Source of the DNA: Acidobacteriota bacterium
Lineage (GTDB): Bacteria > Acidobacteriota > CAIWXX01
Direction of reading: 5' to 3'
DNA: 64,000 nucleotides
Assembly: GCA_040755995.1 (NCBI GenBank)
Contig: JBFMAF010000055.1
Span: forward strand, 160,001 to 224,000
This document shows, piece by piece, positions 31,277-41,406 of the stretch; the first letter of the stretch is position 1, and each line of letters starts with the position of its first letter. The notes below the pieces were generated by a model, which saw only the letters and a program-made list of their open reading frames with translations, searched no databases and had not been told where the DNA came from. The translations under genes were made by a program, and so were the position numbers.

Positions 31277-31429
31277 CGAGTACGCGATGCGGAAGTCGAT
31301 GACGATTCTCTGGGCCTCGTTGCCTCGCTGGATCTGAACCCGCAAGAGGCGCGTATCCTCCTCCAACTCCTGCTCGCGAGCGGCTTCACCGATCCGGTGC
31401 GCATCCAGGAGCAGTTCGCCATCCGGTGA
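31277..31429 (+). pseudogene. C-terminal fragment of a type II L-asparaginase
   Basis: Hand translation RDAEVDDDSLGLVASLDLNPQEARILLQLLLASGFTDPVRIQEQFAIR*, matching the AnsB C-terminal LNPQKARxLLQL pattern; no start. Confidence 0.8.
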
Positions 31430-31497
31430 ACGGCGCGCTGACGCCTGTCAGCACCTGGCGAGTCGTCGCGCCTCGACGCGCACGGCAGGGCGGCCGA

Positions 31498-32874
31498 CTA
31501 TCTCGGCACCCGCGCAGCCGCCGGCGCCTCGAATGCACCGATATCGAACCGTGCAGTTCCGTCGCCGTCACCGTCCAGCGGCCTTGGGTTCGCGTCATAG
31601 TCGGAAGCCGGCGCCTTCGTGGCCGAGCCCATGTCGATGGCGGGTGAATCCGGGTCGAGATGGAAATTGCCTTTGGCAGGATCGACCAGCAGTGGATCCG
31701 CCTCCACGTAGGCGGTTCCGCGCACCTCGCCCTCCTCTCCCATGAAGCGATTGATGAGGTTGTGGTCCACCTTGACGGCCTTGTTGTACAGTGAAGCCGC
31801 GACGGCGATCTGAAACGCCGAATTCTGGCTGCAGATGTTGTTCCTGATGATGCTGCCGGATTTCAGGTCGGGGTTCTGGCAGGTGATGCCTCCACCCCAG
31901 GGGTGGCCGTTGCTCCAGAGCGTGTTGTTGACGATCTCGATGCGTCGCATGGGGCGCGAGGCCGCGGCGCCGTAGTCTGAAACCTCGATCCCATAAATCG
32001 GATTCCGATAGATGATGTTGTTGTAGATTCGGATGATCTCGAGCAGGCCGCCCATTTCTGACGCCAGGGACATGCCGCAGCTATCGCTCTCTTTGACGTC
32101 GTGGATGACGTTTCGATAGACGTCGATGTGGTGAGTGCGCCGTTCCCAGGCGTCCAGGTAGATCCCAACGTCGGAGGTGTGGTGGACGTTGTTGCCAAAA
32201 ACCTTCCCGTACGACGACCCGTCCTTGATGCAGATTCCCTCCTTGTCCGGCGTGTCATGGACATGGTTGTTCCTGACCTCGAACTGTCTCGTCTGTGCGA
32301 CGGAGATGGCCTCCTGCTGCCCGCCGGAGCATGCCTTCGACACGTCGTTCCCGTCGACGATCACATACGAGCACGTCCAGACGCCGATCCCGCACGAGGC
32401 GGTGTTGGAGGTGATGTTCTTCTGGATGATGATCCTGCTGCAGTTGTCGGCATTGATGCCGTAATAGCTCGAGTTCGTGACCGTGAGTCCGGAGACTGTG
32501 ACGTACCTCTTCCCTTCCATATGAAACAGCCCCACGTACTCGGGCACATCGATACCTTTCCCGTCGATCACGGCCTTTTCCCCGGCGTAGGATGAGTACG
32601 TGATCCGATGGCTCTCGTCCGTTCCAGAGCCCTTTGCCTCGACTCTTTCCCTGTACGTGCCGGCTCTGATGTAGACAGTGTCGCCGGCGACCATCGTGTC
32701 GGCCGCCTTCTGAATCGTGCGCCAGGGACTCGCCAGCGTTCCCGGGTTTGAGTCGTTGCCCGTAGTGGCCACGTAGTACACGGTGCCCTCTGGAGCCGCG
32801 ACACAGACGGGCACAATCAGCGACAGGTAGCAGGCAGCGGCGCCAAGGGCGACGGTCAGTGTCTTGCAGTGCAT
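31498..32874 (-). CDS. Secreted right-handed beta-helix (pectin-lyase-like fold) protein
   Basis: Signal peptide; YYVATTGNDSNPGTLASPWRTIQKA, GDTVYIRAGTY, Asn ladders, DSPAIDMG...DIGAFE; RBS AGGAGG. Confidence 0.88.
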   Translation of the reverse strand: MHCKTLTVALGAAACYLSLIVPVCVAAPEGTVYYVATTGNDSNPGTLASPWRTIQKAADTMVAGDTVYIRAGTYRERVEAKGSGTDESHRITYSSYAGEKAVIDGKGIDVPEYVGLFHMEGKRYVTVSGLTVTNSSYYGINADNCSRIIIQKNITSNTASCGIGVWTCSYVIVDGNDVSKACSGGQQEAISVAQTRQFEVRNNHVHDTPDKEGICIKDGSSYGKVFGNNVHHTSDVGIYLDAWERRTHHIDVYRNVIHDVKESDSCGMSLASEMGGLLEIIRIYNNIIYRNPIYGIEVSDYGAAASRPMRRIEIVNNTLWSNGHPWGGGITCQNPDLKSGSIIRNNICSQNSAFQIAVAASLYNKAVKVDHNLINRFMGEEGEVRGTAYVEADPLLVDPAKGNFHLDPDSPAIDMGSATKAPASDYDANPRPLDGDGDGTARFDIGAFEAPAAARVPR

Positions 32875-32974
32875 GGTCAACCTCCTGGTTGGGTTCATCC
32901 AATCCATCCTATGCAACGACCGACGGGGCAGAATCCCCTCATCGGATCAAACACGAAGAAACCCGCGCCTCTCC

Positions 32975-33199
32975 TCACTTGGCCATAAGCAGGAGCCATG
33001 GCGTCCCCACCAGCAGATACACGGCGAGGTTGAAGGCTGTGGTGACGGCGCCCATCTTGTAGAGCTCACTCTGTGTCAGATACCCGCTCCCCGCGAAAAT
33101 GACGTTCGCGCTGGAACCCTGGGGCGTGATGGTGGAGAAGTGGTTGCTGGCGAAGAGCAAGGCGTAGGTCAGGGGCGCGAGCGGCACGCACGCATCCAC
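32975..33199 (-). pseudogene. C-terminal fragment of a DASS/SLC13 anion permease
   Basis: FASNHFSTITPQGSSANVIFAGSGYLTQSELYKMG...VGTPW resembles the last hairpin and TM of CitT/TtdT-type permeases; only 74 aa. Confidence 0.75.
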
Positions 33200-33203
33200 T
33201 CAT

Positions 33204-33233
33204 TTGCAGGGGTCCCCGGATTTGCAGTATAAA
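33204..33233 (+). promoter_or_regulatory. Candidate sigma-70 promoter of accA
   Basis: TTGCAG-18 bp-TATAAA. Confidence 0.45.
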
Positions 33234-33317
33234 GTCTTGGCACCGGACACGGGACGACTGCTCAGTTGGACGCTGCCGTCGCAACCCAGACACAGGTGAG
33301 GGAGACTGGACAAGGTC

Positions 33318-34271
33318 ATGGCCATCGAAGGACTTGAGTTCGAGGAGGAACTGATCCGGCTCCGCAAGGAGATCGCCGCGGCCAGGGCCGCCGGCCCACA
33401 GGCCGATGTCCGGCGCGAGGAGCTGACGAAACAGCACGACATTCTGGCCCGGCAGATCTTCGGCAAGCTGACCCCCTGGCAGGTCACGCAGGTGGCCCGC
33501 CACGCCCTCCGCCCCCACACCCTCGACCACATCTCGATGATCTTCGACGGGTTCTCGGAGATCCACGGTGATCGAAACTTTGGTGATGACCCCGCGATCG
33601 TGGGTGGCATGGCTTTCTTTCGCGGCGAGCCCGTGGTAGTTGTCGGTCATCAGAAGGGGCGCGACACGCGTCAGAGGGTCTACCGCAACTTCGGGCAGCC
33701 TCGACCGGAAGGCTATCGCAAGGCGCTTCGAATCATGAAGTTCGCCGAGAAGTTCTCTCGGCCGATCATCTCGATCGTGGACACCCCGGGTGCCTTCCCG
33801 GGGATCGAGGCAGAGGAGCGCGGTCAGGCCGAGGCCATCGCGAGGAATCTGCGCGACATGAGCCGTCTCAGAGTCCCGATCGTGGTGGTGGTGACGGGCG
33901 AGGGCGGGAGTGGCGGGGCGCTGGCCATCGCGGTCGGGGATCGCGTGCTCATGTTCGAGTACTCCATCTACTCGGTGATTTCGCCCGAGGGGTGTGCGGC
34001 GATCTTGTGGAGGGACAGCGGGCAGGCTCAGGCGGCCGCCGAGCAGCTCGGCCTCACCGCCGACCGCCTGCTCGCGCTCAAGCTGATCGATCAGATTCTG
34101 CCTGAGCCGTCGGGGGGCGCGCACGCGGATCCGCGCGGTGCCGCGGCGATCGTGGGAGATGCCATCGCCGAGAGCCTGAAGAAGCTCAAGGGGATCAAGC
34201 CGGCGAAGCTGGTGGAGCAGAGGCACGAGAAGTTCCGGCGCATGGGCATCTTCACGATCGTCGGTGAGTGA
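33318..34271 (+). CDS. accA: Acetyl-CoA carboxylase carboxyltransferase alpha subunit
   Basis: GHQKGRDT, PEGYRKALR, DTPGAFPGIEAEERGQAEAIA, GEGGSGGALA. Confidence 0.98.
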   Translation: MAIEGLEFEEELIRLRKEIAAARAAGPQADVRREELTKQHDILARQIFGKLTPWQVTQVARHALRPHTLDHISMIFDGFSEIHGDRNFGDDPAIVGGMAFFRGEPVVVVGHQKGRDTRQRVYRNFGQPRPEGYRKALRIMKFAEKFSRPIISIVDTPGAFPGIEAEERGQAEAIARNLRDMSRLRVPIVVVVTGEGGSGGALAIAVGDRVLMFEYSIYSVISPEGCAAILWRDSGQAQAAAEQLGLTADRLLALKLIDQILPEPSGGAHADPRGAAAIVGDAIAESLKKLKGIKPAKLVEQRHEKFRRMGIFTIVGE

Positions 34272-34819
34272 TGATCGTCGGGCAGAAGGTGCGGCTGCGA
34301 GCCATCGAGCGCGAGGACATTCCTGCGTTCGTGAAATGGTTCAACGACCCCGAGGTCCGTCAGTTCTTGAAGATGTTCGAGCCGATGAGCAAGGCCAAGG
34401 AAGAGCGATGGTTCGAGACGCAGCTGGAATCGCGCGACCAGTTCATCTTCGCAATCGAGGCGGCTGCCGATGGGCGATGGGTTCACATCGGAAACACCGG
34501 CCTGATGCAGATCGACTGGAAGAACCGGACGGCGGTTTTCGGCATCGTACTCGGCGAGAAGAACCTGTGGGGGAGGGGCTACGGCACCGAGGCGACGCGG
34601 CTCACGCTGCAGTACGCATTTCATCAGCTCAATCTGCACCGGGTCGAGCTCGACGTCTTCGACTACAACCCGCGCGCCGTCCGCTGCTACGAACGTGTAG
34701 GCTTCAAGCACGAGGGAGTTCGCCGCCAGGCCTTCTTCAATGCGGGACGCTACCACGACGTGCTTCGGATGGGCATCCTGCATGACGAGCTCCGGGACGA
34801 GGCCGGTGGTGCGGGCTAG
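34271..34819 (+). CDS. GNAT N-acetyltransferase (RimJ/RimL-like)
   Basis: LWGRGYGTEA, LNLHRVEL, NPRAVRCYERVGF; coupled to accA stop (TGATG). Confidence 0.92.
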   Translation: MIVGQKVRLRAIEREDIPAFVKWFNDPEVRQFLKMFEPMSKAKEERWFETQLESRDQFIFAIEAAADGRWVHIGNTGLMQIDWKNRTAVFGIVLGEKNLWGRGYGTEATRLTLQYAFHQLNLHRVELDVFDYNPRAVRCYERVGFKHEGVRRQAFFNAGRYHDVLRMGILHDELRDEAGGAG

Positions 34820-34926
34820 TCGCAGCCTACAGCGCCGGTCGAGTGCAGATTCATACGACTGACCCACCGCACGCTCGAGGCGCCGTCGTGGCTTCGCTCG
34901 TTCCTCGCCTCCTCGCGTCACCTTCC

Positions 34927-34955
34927 TTGACAATTGCGCGTGACGGACATATTTT
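34927..34955 (+). promoter_or_regulatory. Candidate sigma-70 promoter of the sensor kinase
   Basis: TTGACA-17 bp-TATTTT. Confidence 0.55.
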
Positions 34956-35097
34956 GACGTGGAGCGTACCCACGTGGAGACCGTGAGCTTGACAGTTCCA
35001 CCGTCGATCCCGGCAACGGGCCACGCTGGTTGTGTTGCCAGGGGAATGGTCCGTGCTGAGATCGACCAGTCGCCTGCCGAGCGCGTGGAGGAGCGAC

Positions 35098-36765
35098 GTG
35101 GATAGGAGTCCAGAAAGTCCCTACCGCCGGCTGAGACGGCAGATGCTTCAGGTGCTGCTGCTCTTCGGGCTTGCTCCGCTGTTCGCAATCGGAGTCACGG
35201 GCTACATGGCCCAACGACAGCAGGTCGAGACCGGCATGCGGGATGTGCTGCAGGCAATGGTGAAGAACAGGAAAGCCACAGTGGAGCTTTTCCTTGAGGA
35301 GAAACTCAGAGAGCTGGAGCTGGCCGCGGAGTCCATGTCCGTTGCAGAGCTTTCGAAACCCGCTGTGCTCGAAGCGCTGCGTGACCGCATGCGGCGGGAA
35401 AGAGGCGGAATCGTCGACCTCGGCCTGATCGATGAAACGGGGCGGCACGTGGCCTACGTCGGACCTTACAGCCTGCTCGGCGTCAACTACCGCGATCAGG
35501 CGTGGTTCCAACAGGTCATGGTGCTTGGCCGTTACGAGAGCGACGTGTTCCTCGGCTTCAGACGATTTCCCCACATGGTCATGGCCGTGAAGAAGCGTGA
35601 AGGAGGCCACGATTTCATCCTTCGCGCGACGATCGACACCGACCTCCTCAGCGCCCTCGTGCGCGAGGGAGGGCTCGAGTCGCAAGCTGACGTTTTCATT
35701 TTGAACCGCGCCGGCGAGTATCAAACACAGTATTCGGATGACCACCGGTTGATGGAAAAAGCCGACCTGGGTGCTGTGCCGCTGCATTCAGGGGTGCGCA
35801 TCGTGGAGGGCCGGCAGCGCAGCCGCCACGAGTTCATCGCCACGGCATGGCTGCACGGCGAATCCTGGGTGTTGGTGGCGCGGAAGCAAATGCCGGGCGC
35901 CCTCTCGCTTGCTTTCTCTCAGCCCGGCGTCCTCCTGGTCCTCGTGCTCAGCGCCCTGCTCGTGCCCGTGCTCTCGGTGCTGGTCGTGCGCGTGCGGCTC
36001 CAACAGATAAAGACCCTGGAAGCTGAGCGAGGGGCGCTCTACGAGTCTGTCGCCCAGTCCGAGAAGATGGCAGCCATCGGCAGGCTTGCTGCAACCGTCG
36101 CGCACGAGATCAACAATCCTCTCGCGATCATCCAGGCACAGGTCGGCGTCCTGCTCGACTACCTGGAGGACAACCCCGACTCGCAGTCCGCCAAGGAGTT
36201 CCGCGAGAGGCTCAAGAAGATCGAGGGGCAGGTCGACCGAGGCCGGAAAGTCACCCACCGCCTCCTCGGCTTCTCCCGCCGCATCGGACCCGACATCGAG
36301 CCGGTGGACGTTCAGGCTGCTCTGGAGGAGGCGGTCGGCTTCGTGGAGAAAGAGGCCGAAGCCGCAGGCACGCGATTCGTTCGCAACTACGAACCGGATA
36401 TCCCAATCATCCGCAGCAGCCTGGCCCAGATGCAACAGGTGTTTCTCAACCTGGTCAACAATGCAATCGACGCGATGGGACACCAGGGTCAGATCCGGCT
36501 CTCGATCAGACCGGCACACCAGGGTGTCGAAGTCCAGGTCGCCGACAACGGTCCCGGGATCAGCCCAAAGGACCTGGAGAAGGTATTTCAGCCGTTTTTC
36601 TCCACGAAGGGCGGCGGCGGCAGCCACAGTGGGCTTGGACTTGCTATATGCAAAGAGGCCATGCAGAATCTGGGAGGCAAGATCGCTGTCGAGAGCGCCT
36701 TGGGAAAGGGGACAACCTTCACCCTGTGGTTCCCCGTGGATATTCAGGCCGCTCAGGGTCGCTAG
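35098..36765 (+). CDS. Membrane sensor histidine kinase (Cache-like periplasmic domain, NtrB-type core)
   Basis: Two TMs; AHEINNPL, QQVFLNLVNNA, DNGPGI, FQPFFSTK, GLGL; GTG start after GGAGG. Confidence 0.93.
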   Translation: MDRSPESPYRRLRRQMLQVLLLFGLAPLFAIGVTGYMAQRQQVETGMRDVLQAMVKNRKATVELFLEEKLRELELAAESMSVAELSKPAVLEALRDRMRRERGGIVDLGLIDETGRHVAYVGPYSLLGVNYRDQAWFQQVMVLGRYESDVFLGFRRFPHMVMAVKKREGGHDFILRATIDTDLLSALVREGGLESQADVFILNRAGEYQTQYSDDHRLMEKADLGAVPLHSGVRIVEGRQRSRHEFIATAWLHGESWVLVARKQMPGALSLAFSQPGVLLVLVLSALLVPVLSVLVVRVRLQQIKTLEAERGALYESVAQSEKMAAIGRLAATVAHEINNPLAIIQAQVGVLLDYLEDNPDSQSAKEFRERLKKIEGQVDRGRKVTHRLLGFSRRIGPDIEPVDVQAALEEAVGFVEKEAEAAGTRFVRNYEPDIPIIRSSLAQMQQVFLNLVNNAIDAMGHQGQIRLSIRPAHQGVEVQVADNGPGISPKDLEKVFQPFFSTKGGGGSHSGLGLAICKEAMQNLGGKIAVESALGKGTTFTLWFPVDIQAAQGR

Positions 36766-36837
36766 GCAAGCCCGTCGAAGGGGCATCCTCGTGACGGCGG
36801 GCTTCGCCAAGGAGCCCTGCGGACACCCATTGGTACC

Positions 36838-39315
36838 ATGAACATCAGTAGTGTGGTCAGGAAGGCGCTCGATCGCCTGACACGGCGGCCGTCAGCCGTC
36901 AAAGTGACCACGAGCCGGGGCGCGCGGTTCAGGCTCATGTACGAGCGCTTTCGGGAGATCCTCAGCCTCAACGACACCACCCTGCAGCTCATCGCCGACA
37001 TCGAAGACCGAGTCTCCGGACGGAGGCCGTTCTCACTGGACACGGTGGTCAGGCGCGTCCGAAAGGCAACCCTGGAGGTCTTCGTCATGGTAAAAAACCT
37101 CAATCAGATCGCCGGCAATCGATACGGCGAACTGTACGAGACGCTCCGGAAGCTCAACGCTGCGCTTGAAGCCGCGTTCCCACAGGAACGCCAGGCCGAG
37201 AGCGGACCTCTGGTGGTCCCCGTCGAGCGATTGCAGGCTCCAGACGCGCAGCTAGCCGGAAGCAAGATGGCGAACCTCGGCGAGGTTCGCAACGAGGTCG
37301 GGCTGCCGGTTCCACCGGGTTTCGTCATCACCACGAACGCATTCGTGAGGTTCATGTCGGAAAACGAGCTCTGGGAGCGCGCCCAGCGCCTCGAATCGCT
37401 CCTTGAAACTCACGGAGCGCAGGCTCTCGCGGAGGCTTGCAGAGAAGTGCAGAGAGCTATCATGGACTCGCCGGTCCCGACTGAGCTCGCCGCTGCCATC
37501 CTCGACGCTTATGCGAGGCTCTACGACGGCGCCAGCGTGCCCGTAGCGATGCGGTCCAGCGCCGTGGGAGAAGACACCGCGAACTCGCATGCCGGGCAAT
37601 ACCGCACCGAGATCAACGTATCTCGAGATCGGTTGCTGGACGCCTACCGGTCGATAGTGGCGAGCACCTACGGTCCGAGCGCGGTGTCTTATCGATTCGA
37701 GCGTGGACTGACGGCCTACGAGGCGACCATGGCGGTCGGTTGCATCCGCATGGTGCAGCCCCGCTGCAGCGGGATCATGTTCTCTCGCGCATACGAAGAG
37801 AGGTCGGCCGATCGCGTCGTCGTCAGCGCCACAGGCGGTCTTGCCGCGGGTGTGGCTTCGGGGGAGGAGGGGGCCGAGGAGATCCTGATCGAGGCGGGCC
37901 GGCCACAGGCCCCACCCCGGTGCTCCCTGTCCGACTCCGACCTGGACTGGCTCGCACAAACCGCCCGCAGGCTCGAGTCGCACTTCGGCTCACCACAAGA
38001 CATCGAATGGGCCATCGATCCGGACGGCACGCGCTACGTCCTCCAGACCCGGCCCATGGTTCTGCCCGATATCATCGATGCGGAATCGCAGGCGGACGAT
38101 CGCGAGGCGATCCTTGCCGGCGGCCGGCCGGCCTTCTACGGCGCAGGCAATGGACCGGTCTTCATGGTCAAAACGGAGGAGGATCTCGATCGGTTCCCTG
38201 ATGGAGCCGTGTTGGTGGCACGCCACTCTTCCCCGACCTTCTCGCGAGTGATGCGCCGCTGCGCGGCGATCGTTACGGACATCGGATCGCCGACGGGCCA
38301 CATGGCCATCCTGGCGCGCGAGTTCGGCGTGCCGGCGATCGTGGGATTGGATGGCGCCACGCGTCTGTTGCAAGATCGCTCCTGGGTGACGGTCGACGCG
38401 ACACGCTGCCGGATCTATGAGGGCGTCGTCAGCATGCCCGCTCCGGTTCGCGATGAGCGTCGATCGCTGGCCGGCTCACCCGCGGTCCATGCGCTTCGCC
38501 GGATCGCGGAACTGGTCACGCCTTTGCGGCTGACTGATCCGTCCGGCCCCAGCTTCACGCCGGCCGGTTGCCAGTCGCTGCACGATGTCACAAGGTTCGT
38601 GCACGAAAGTGTATTTCGAGTCATGTTCCACTACGGGGAGCTGGCGGCGAGCGACAAGCAGTGCTCGGTGCGGCTCGAAGCGCGGCTCCCGATCCAGGTG
38701 CTCATCTTCGACGTCGGTGGAGGTATTGCGCAGGAGGCTCCGCACTCCGATCGAGTTCGCTTCGAGGAACTCTCATCGCTGCCCATCAAGGCCTTCCTCG
38801 GCGGGATGCTCGACGAGCGGATTCGGTGGGACCAGCCGCGGCCGGTCTCGGGGCGCGGCTTTCTGTCGGTGCTGGGCGAGAGCATGATCGGGCCTCCGCC
38901 GGAGGTGAGGCGCGTCGGAGGCCCCTCGTACGCCGTCATCTCCGATCAGTACATGAACTTCAGCACCAAGGCCGGATACCATTTCTCGACTGTGGACAGC
39001 TATTGCGGCGAGAGCCTGAACAAGAACTACGTGCATTTCCGCTTCGCCGGCGGCGGCGCCGACGACCAACGTCGCACGCGCCGGGTCCGGTTCCTCCAGA
39101 CGGTGCTCGCCTCACTTGAATTCCATGTGGAGACCAGAGGGGACGTGCTGGTCGGGCGGCTCGAGAAGTACGACCAGGAGACGATCTGCGCGAGGCTCGC
39201 CCAGCTAGGCCGGCTCACGATGGTCGCCCGCCAGATGGACATGCTCATGGACTCAGAGGCGAGCGCCGACTACTTCGCCCGCGCGTTCCTGGCGGGGGAG
39301 ATGGAGCGGTTCTAG
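36838..39315 (+). CDS. PEP-synthase/dikinase-like protein (ATP-grasp plus phospho-His swivel plus atypical C-domain)
   Basis: GSKMANLGE, VPPGFVIT, RSSAVGED, QDIEW, LQTRP, GSPTGHMAILAREFGVP. Confidence 0.88.
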   Translation: MNISSVVRKALDRLTRRPSAVKVTTSRGARFRLMYERFREILSLNDTTLQLIADIEDRVSGRRPFSLDTVVRRVRKATLEVFVMVKNLNQIAGNRYGELYETLRKLNAALEAAFPQERQAESGPLVVPVERLQAPDAQLAGSKMANLGEVRNEVGLPVPPGFVITTNAFVRFMSENELWERAQRLESLLETHGAQALAEACREVQRAIMDSPVPTELAAAILDAYARLYDGASVPVAMRSSAVGEDTANSHAGQYRTEINVSRDRLLDAYRSIVASTYGPSAVSYRFERGLTAYEATMAVGCIRMVQPRCSGIMFSRAYEERSADRVVVSATGGLAAGVASGEEGAEEILIEAGRPQAPPRCSLSDSDLDWLAQTARRLESHFGSPQDIEWAIDPDGTRYVLQTRPMVLPDIIDAESQADDREAILAGGRPAFYGAGNGPVFMVKTEEDLDRFPDGAVLVARHSSPTFSRVMRRCAAIVTDIGSPTGHMAILAREFGVPAIVGLDGATRLLQDRSWVTVDATRCRIYEGVVSMPAPVRDERRSLAGSPAVHALRRIAELVTPLRLTDPSGPSFTPAGCQSLHDVTRFVHESVFRVMFHYGELAASDKQCSVRLEARLPIQVLIFDVGGGIAQEAPHSDRVRFEELSSLPIKAFLGGMLDERIRWDQPRPVSGRGFLSVLGESMIGPPPEVRRVGGPSYAVISDQYMNFSTKAGYHFSTVDSYCGESLNKNYVHFRFAGGGADDQRRTRRVRFLQTVLASLEFHVETRGDVLVGRLEKYDQETICARLAQLGRLTMVARQMDMLMDSEASADYFARAFLAGEMERF

Positions 39316-39316
39316 G

Positions 39317-39390
39317 AGGAGACGCGGTGACGCAGAGACGCGGTGACCCAACAACTTCCGTGTGGCCGTTTCGCCGCCCTCGTCTCTTCA
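39317..39390. repeat. GAGACGCGGTGAC short repeat, same family as 8922-9009
   Basis: ggagacgcggtgacgcagagacgcggtgac directly after the stop codon. Confidence 0.5.
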
Positions 39391-39521
39391 ACCTGCGACC
39401 CGTCGCAACCTGTCGCACGCAGAGCGTAGCTCCGCTCAGGGGCGGAAGTCAGCCAATGCCCAGGTTGGCACAGCGCCTCCGCGCCCCTCGCGCGTTCAAG
39501 GTTACCGTCCGAGTCAAGTTG

Positions 39522-40805
39522 CTACCGATCAAACTGCGATTGCGCGACCGGAGCGACGGGCGCCGGCAACGCTGAGAAATCCACGCCGAGATCCTTCCCA
39601 TCGGACGCTTTTCCTTTGGCAGGGCTGACCGGGCTCAACGTATAGTCACCACCTGTGGGATTGGTGAACAACGGATCGGCCAAGAGGCAATTCGCGCCGT
39701 AGCCCGGATGCTTGGCCTGGAATTCGCTCAGGCTCAGCACGTCGTAGTACGGAAACGTGTGCGTCTCACTCAGATCCCCCCAACTCACGATCGCGTCCGG
39801 CTCGCCGGCATTGAAGAACAGGTTGTATAGATACTCGTTGTCGATCGGTCCGTACAGCCTCTCGATCAGCGGATCGCGATCCGTCGTGGTGCTGCTTCCG
39901 ATCACCAACGGCACGTTGCTCGTTCCCCCGGCGCCTCCGACCACGCAGATGTTGTCTCGCACTCGCGAGTGAGCGCTGGGGATGCAGAAGCCCTCGGAGC
40001 CGGGCTTCGAGCCAGTGAGGTTGCTCGTCCCTTCATAGATGTAGACCGCGCCGCCCGAAGGCTCCACGATCGTGTTGTGTACAACCTTGGTGCCGATTCC
40101 ACCGTAGAAGGTGATACCCCACGCTTCTTTGACACCGTTGTTGAAGGTCAGGTTGTTCAGGATCCGGTTCAGGTCGCCGCGTTTGATGCGTATGGGCGCT
40201 TCGTCGCTGTACGAGACGACGTTGTTCAGGATGAAGTTGCGGTGGCTCACGACCAGGTGCATCCCGGCATCGTTGTGGTGAATCACGTTGTTCGCGAACA
40301 CGCAGTTCTGCGCTCCGTACCCCGTCCGCGTCAGCGGAAACGCCTTTATTGCGGCTCCGTGCGCAACCGCTGTCCCCTCGCCGCCATAGGCCCCGGTCAG
40401 CTCGAACCCATGGATCTTGATGTACTGCACCCCAGCCAGGTCGAAACACGCGTAGCTCGGGGAGTCGATCACCACGCGGTCATCGTCGTATGCCAGGAAC
40501 TTGATCATCTTGCCGCGCTGACCGGATTTCCTGACAGACACCATCTCGCTGTATGTCCCCTCCTTCACGAAGATCATCGTGCCGGGGCGGGCGCGGTCCG
40601 CCGCCGCCTGTATGCTGCACAATGGTGCACTCTCAGTACCCGAGTTGTCGTCACTGCAGGACGGACAGTTGACGTCGACGAAGATGACCTGCGGCGGGAC
40701 CGCGTCCACAGCGAAACCATTGCCGCTGGAGTCCGCCGCCTGGTCCGCCCAGACGAAGGACAGGCCAAGCCCCATGAGAAGACACAAGACGAATGCCGTG
40801 CGCAC
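39522..40805 (-). CDS. Secreted right-handed beta-helix protein
   Basis: Signal peptide; SDDNSGTESAPLCSIQAA, VKEGTYSE, Asn ladders, ADPLF...SPAKGKASDGKDLG. Confidence 0.85.
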   Translation of the reverse strand: MRTAFVLCLLMGLGLSFVWADQAADSSGNGFAVDAVPPQVIFVDVNCPSCSDDNSGTESAPLCSIQAAADRARPGTMIFVKEGTYSEMVSVRKSGQRGKMIKFLAYDDDRVVIDSPSYACFDLAGVQYIKIHGFELTGAYGGEGTAVAHGAAIKAFPLTRTGYGAQNCVFANNVIHHNDAGMHLVVSHRNFILNNVVSYSDEAPIRIKRGDLNRILNNLTFNNGVKEAWGITFYGGIGTKVVHNTIVEPSGGAVYIYEGTSNLTGSKPGSEGFCIPSAHSRVRDNICVVGGAGGTSNVPLVIGSSTTTDRDPLIERLYGPIDNEYLYNLFFNAGEPDAIVSWGDLSETHTFPYYDVLSLSEFQAKHPGYGANCLLADPLFTNPTGGDYTLSPVSPAKGKASDGKDLGVDFSALPAPVAPVAQSQFDR

Positions 40806-40820
40806 GGCGCCGTGGTTACG

Positions 40821-41333
40821 ATGTGCATCGATTCGCTAAAAGCCCACTTTCATCGGATGACGCTCGACTCGCTAGACATGCCTGGCGAGACCCTGTTGTG
40901 GGCGTGGCGCGCAGTGGCATTTCAATCGGATCTCGAAAGACAAGGAAAGACGGCCGCGCCGGGCGTCACCGTTCCCGATGAATACAGCAGCTATGAGCTA
41001 TACCACATCAGAAGTGATGACTTCCTCAAGCCTAGCGGTCCCCTGCACTCTCAGGGCGTGCACGACGGAGATGTCTTTGTTCTGCTCCACAGGCACAGGG
41101 ATCTTGAGGCAACCCTCGGTTTTCTGCGAGCTCAGCGATTCCCGGTGACCGTCCCTCTTCGCGTGCCTGACACCAAGGTATTGCTGACTCTCGCAGAGAA
41201 TGATCAGCTCCGAGAACCACCGCGTGCAAAGGAAGGCCGCTCAGCGTTAGTATTGCGGAGAGCTGTCCGTGCCATTCCTTATGCGGGACCGGCGCTCGAA
41301 GCACTCCTGTTAGGACGAGAAAGTGACGAGTGA
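40821..41333 (+). CDS. Hypothetical integron cassette protein, possibly 5'-truncated
   Basis: Open frame ending 13 nt before attC 41346; no recognisable motif. Confidence 0.5.
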   Translation: MCIDSLKAHFHRMTLDSLDMPGETLLWAWRAVAFQSDLERQGKTAAPGVTVPDEYSSYELYHIRSDDFLKPSGPLHSQGVHDGDVFVLLHRHRDLEATLGFLRAQRFPVTVPLRVPDTKVLLTLAENDQLREPPRAKEGRSALVLRRAVRAIPYAGPALEALLLGRESDE

Positions 41334-41345
41334 AATTGACCAGGG

Positions 41346-41406
41346 GGCTAACCAGCCGCTCCACACGGACTCGGCTTCGCCGAGCCGGTGAGCGGAACCG
41401 TTATGC
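41346..41406 (+). mobile_element. Integron attC site
   Basis: R'' GGCTAAC, L'' GCTCCACA (extra C), central TCGGC-TTC-GCCGA hairpin, L' GGTGAGC, R' GTTATGC. Confidence 0.92.
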
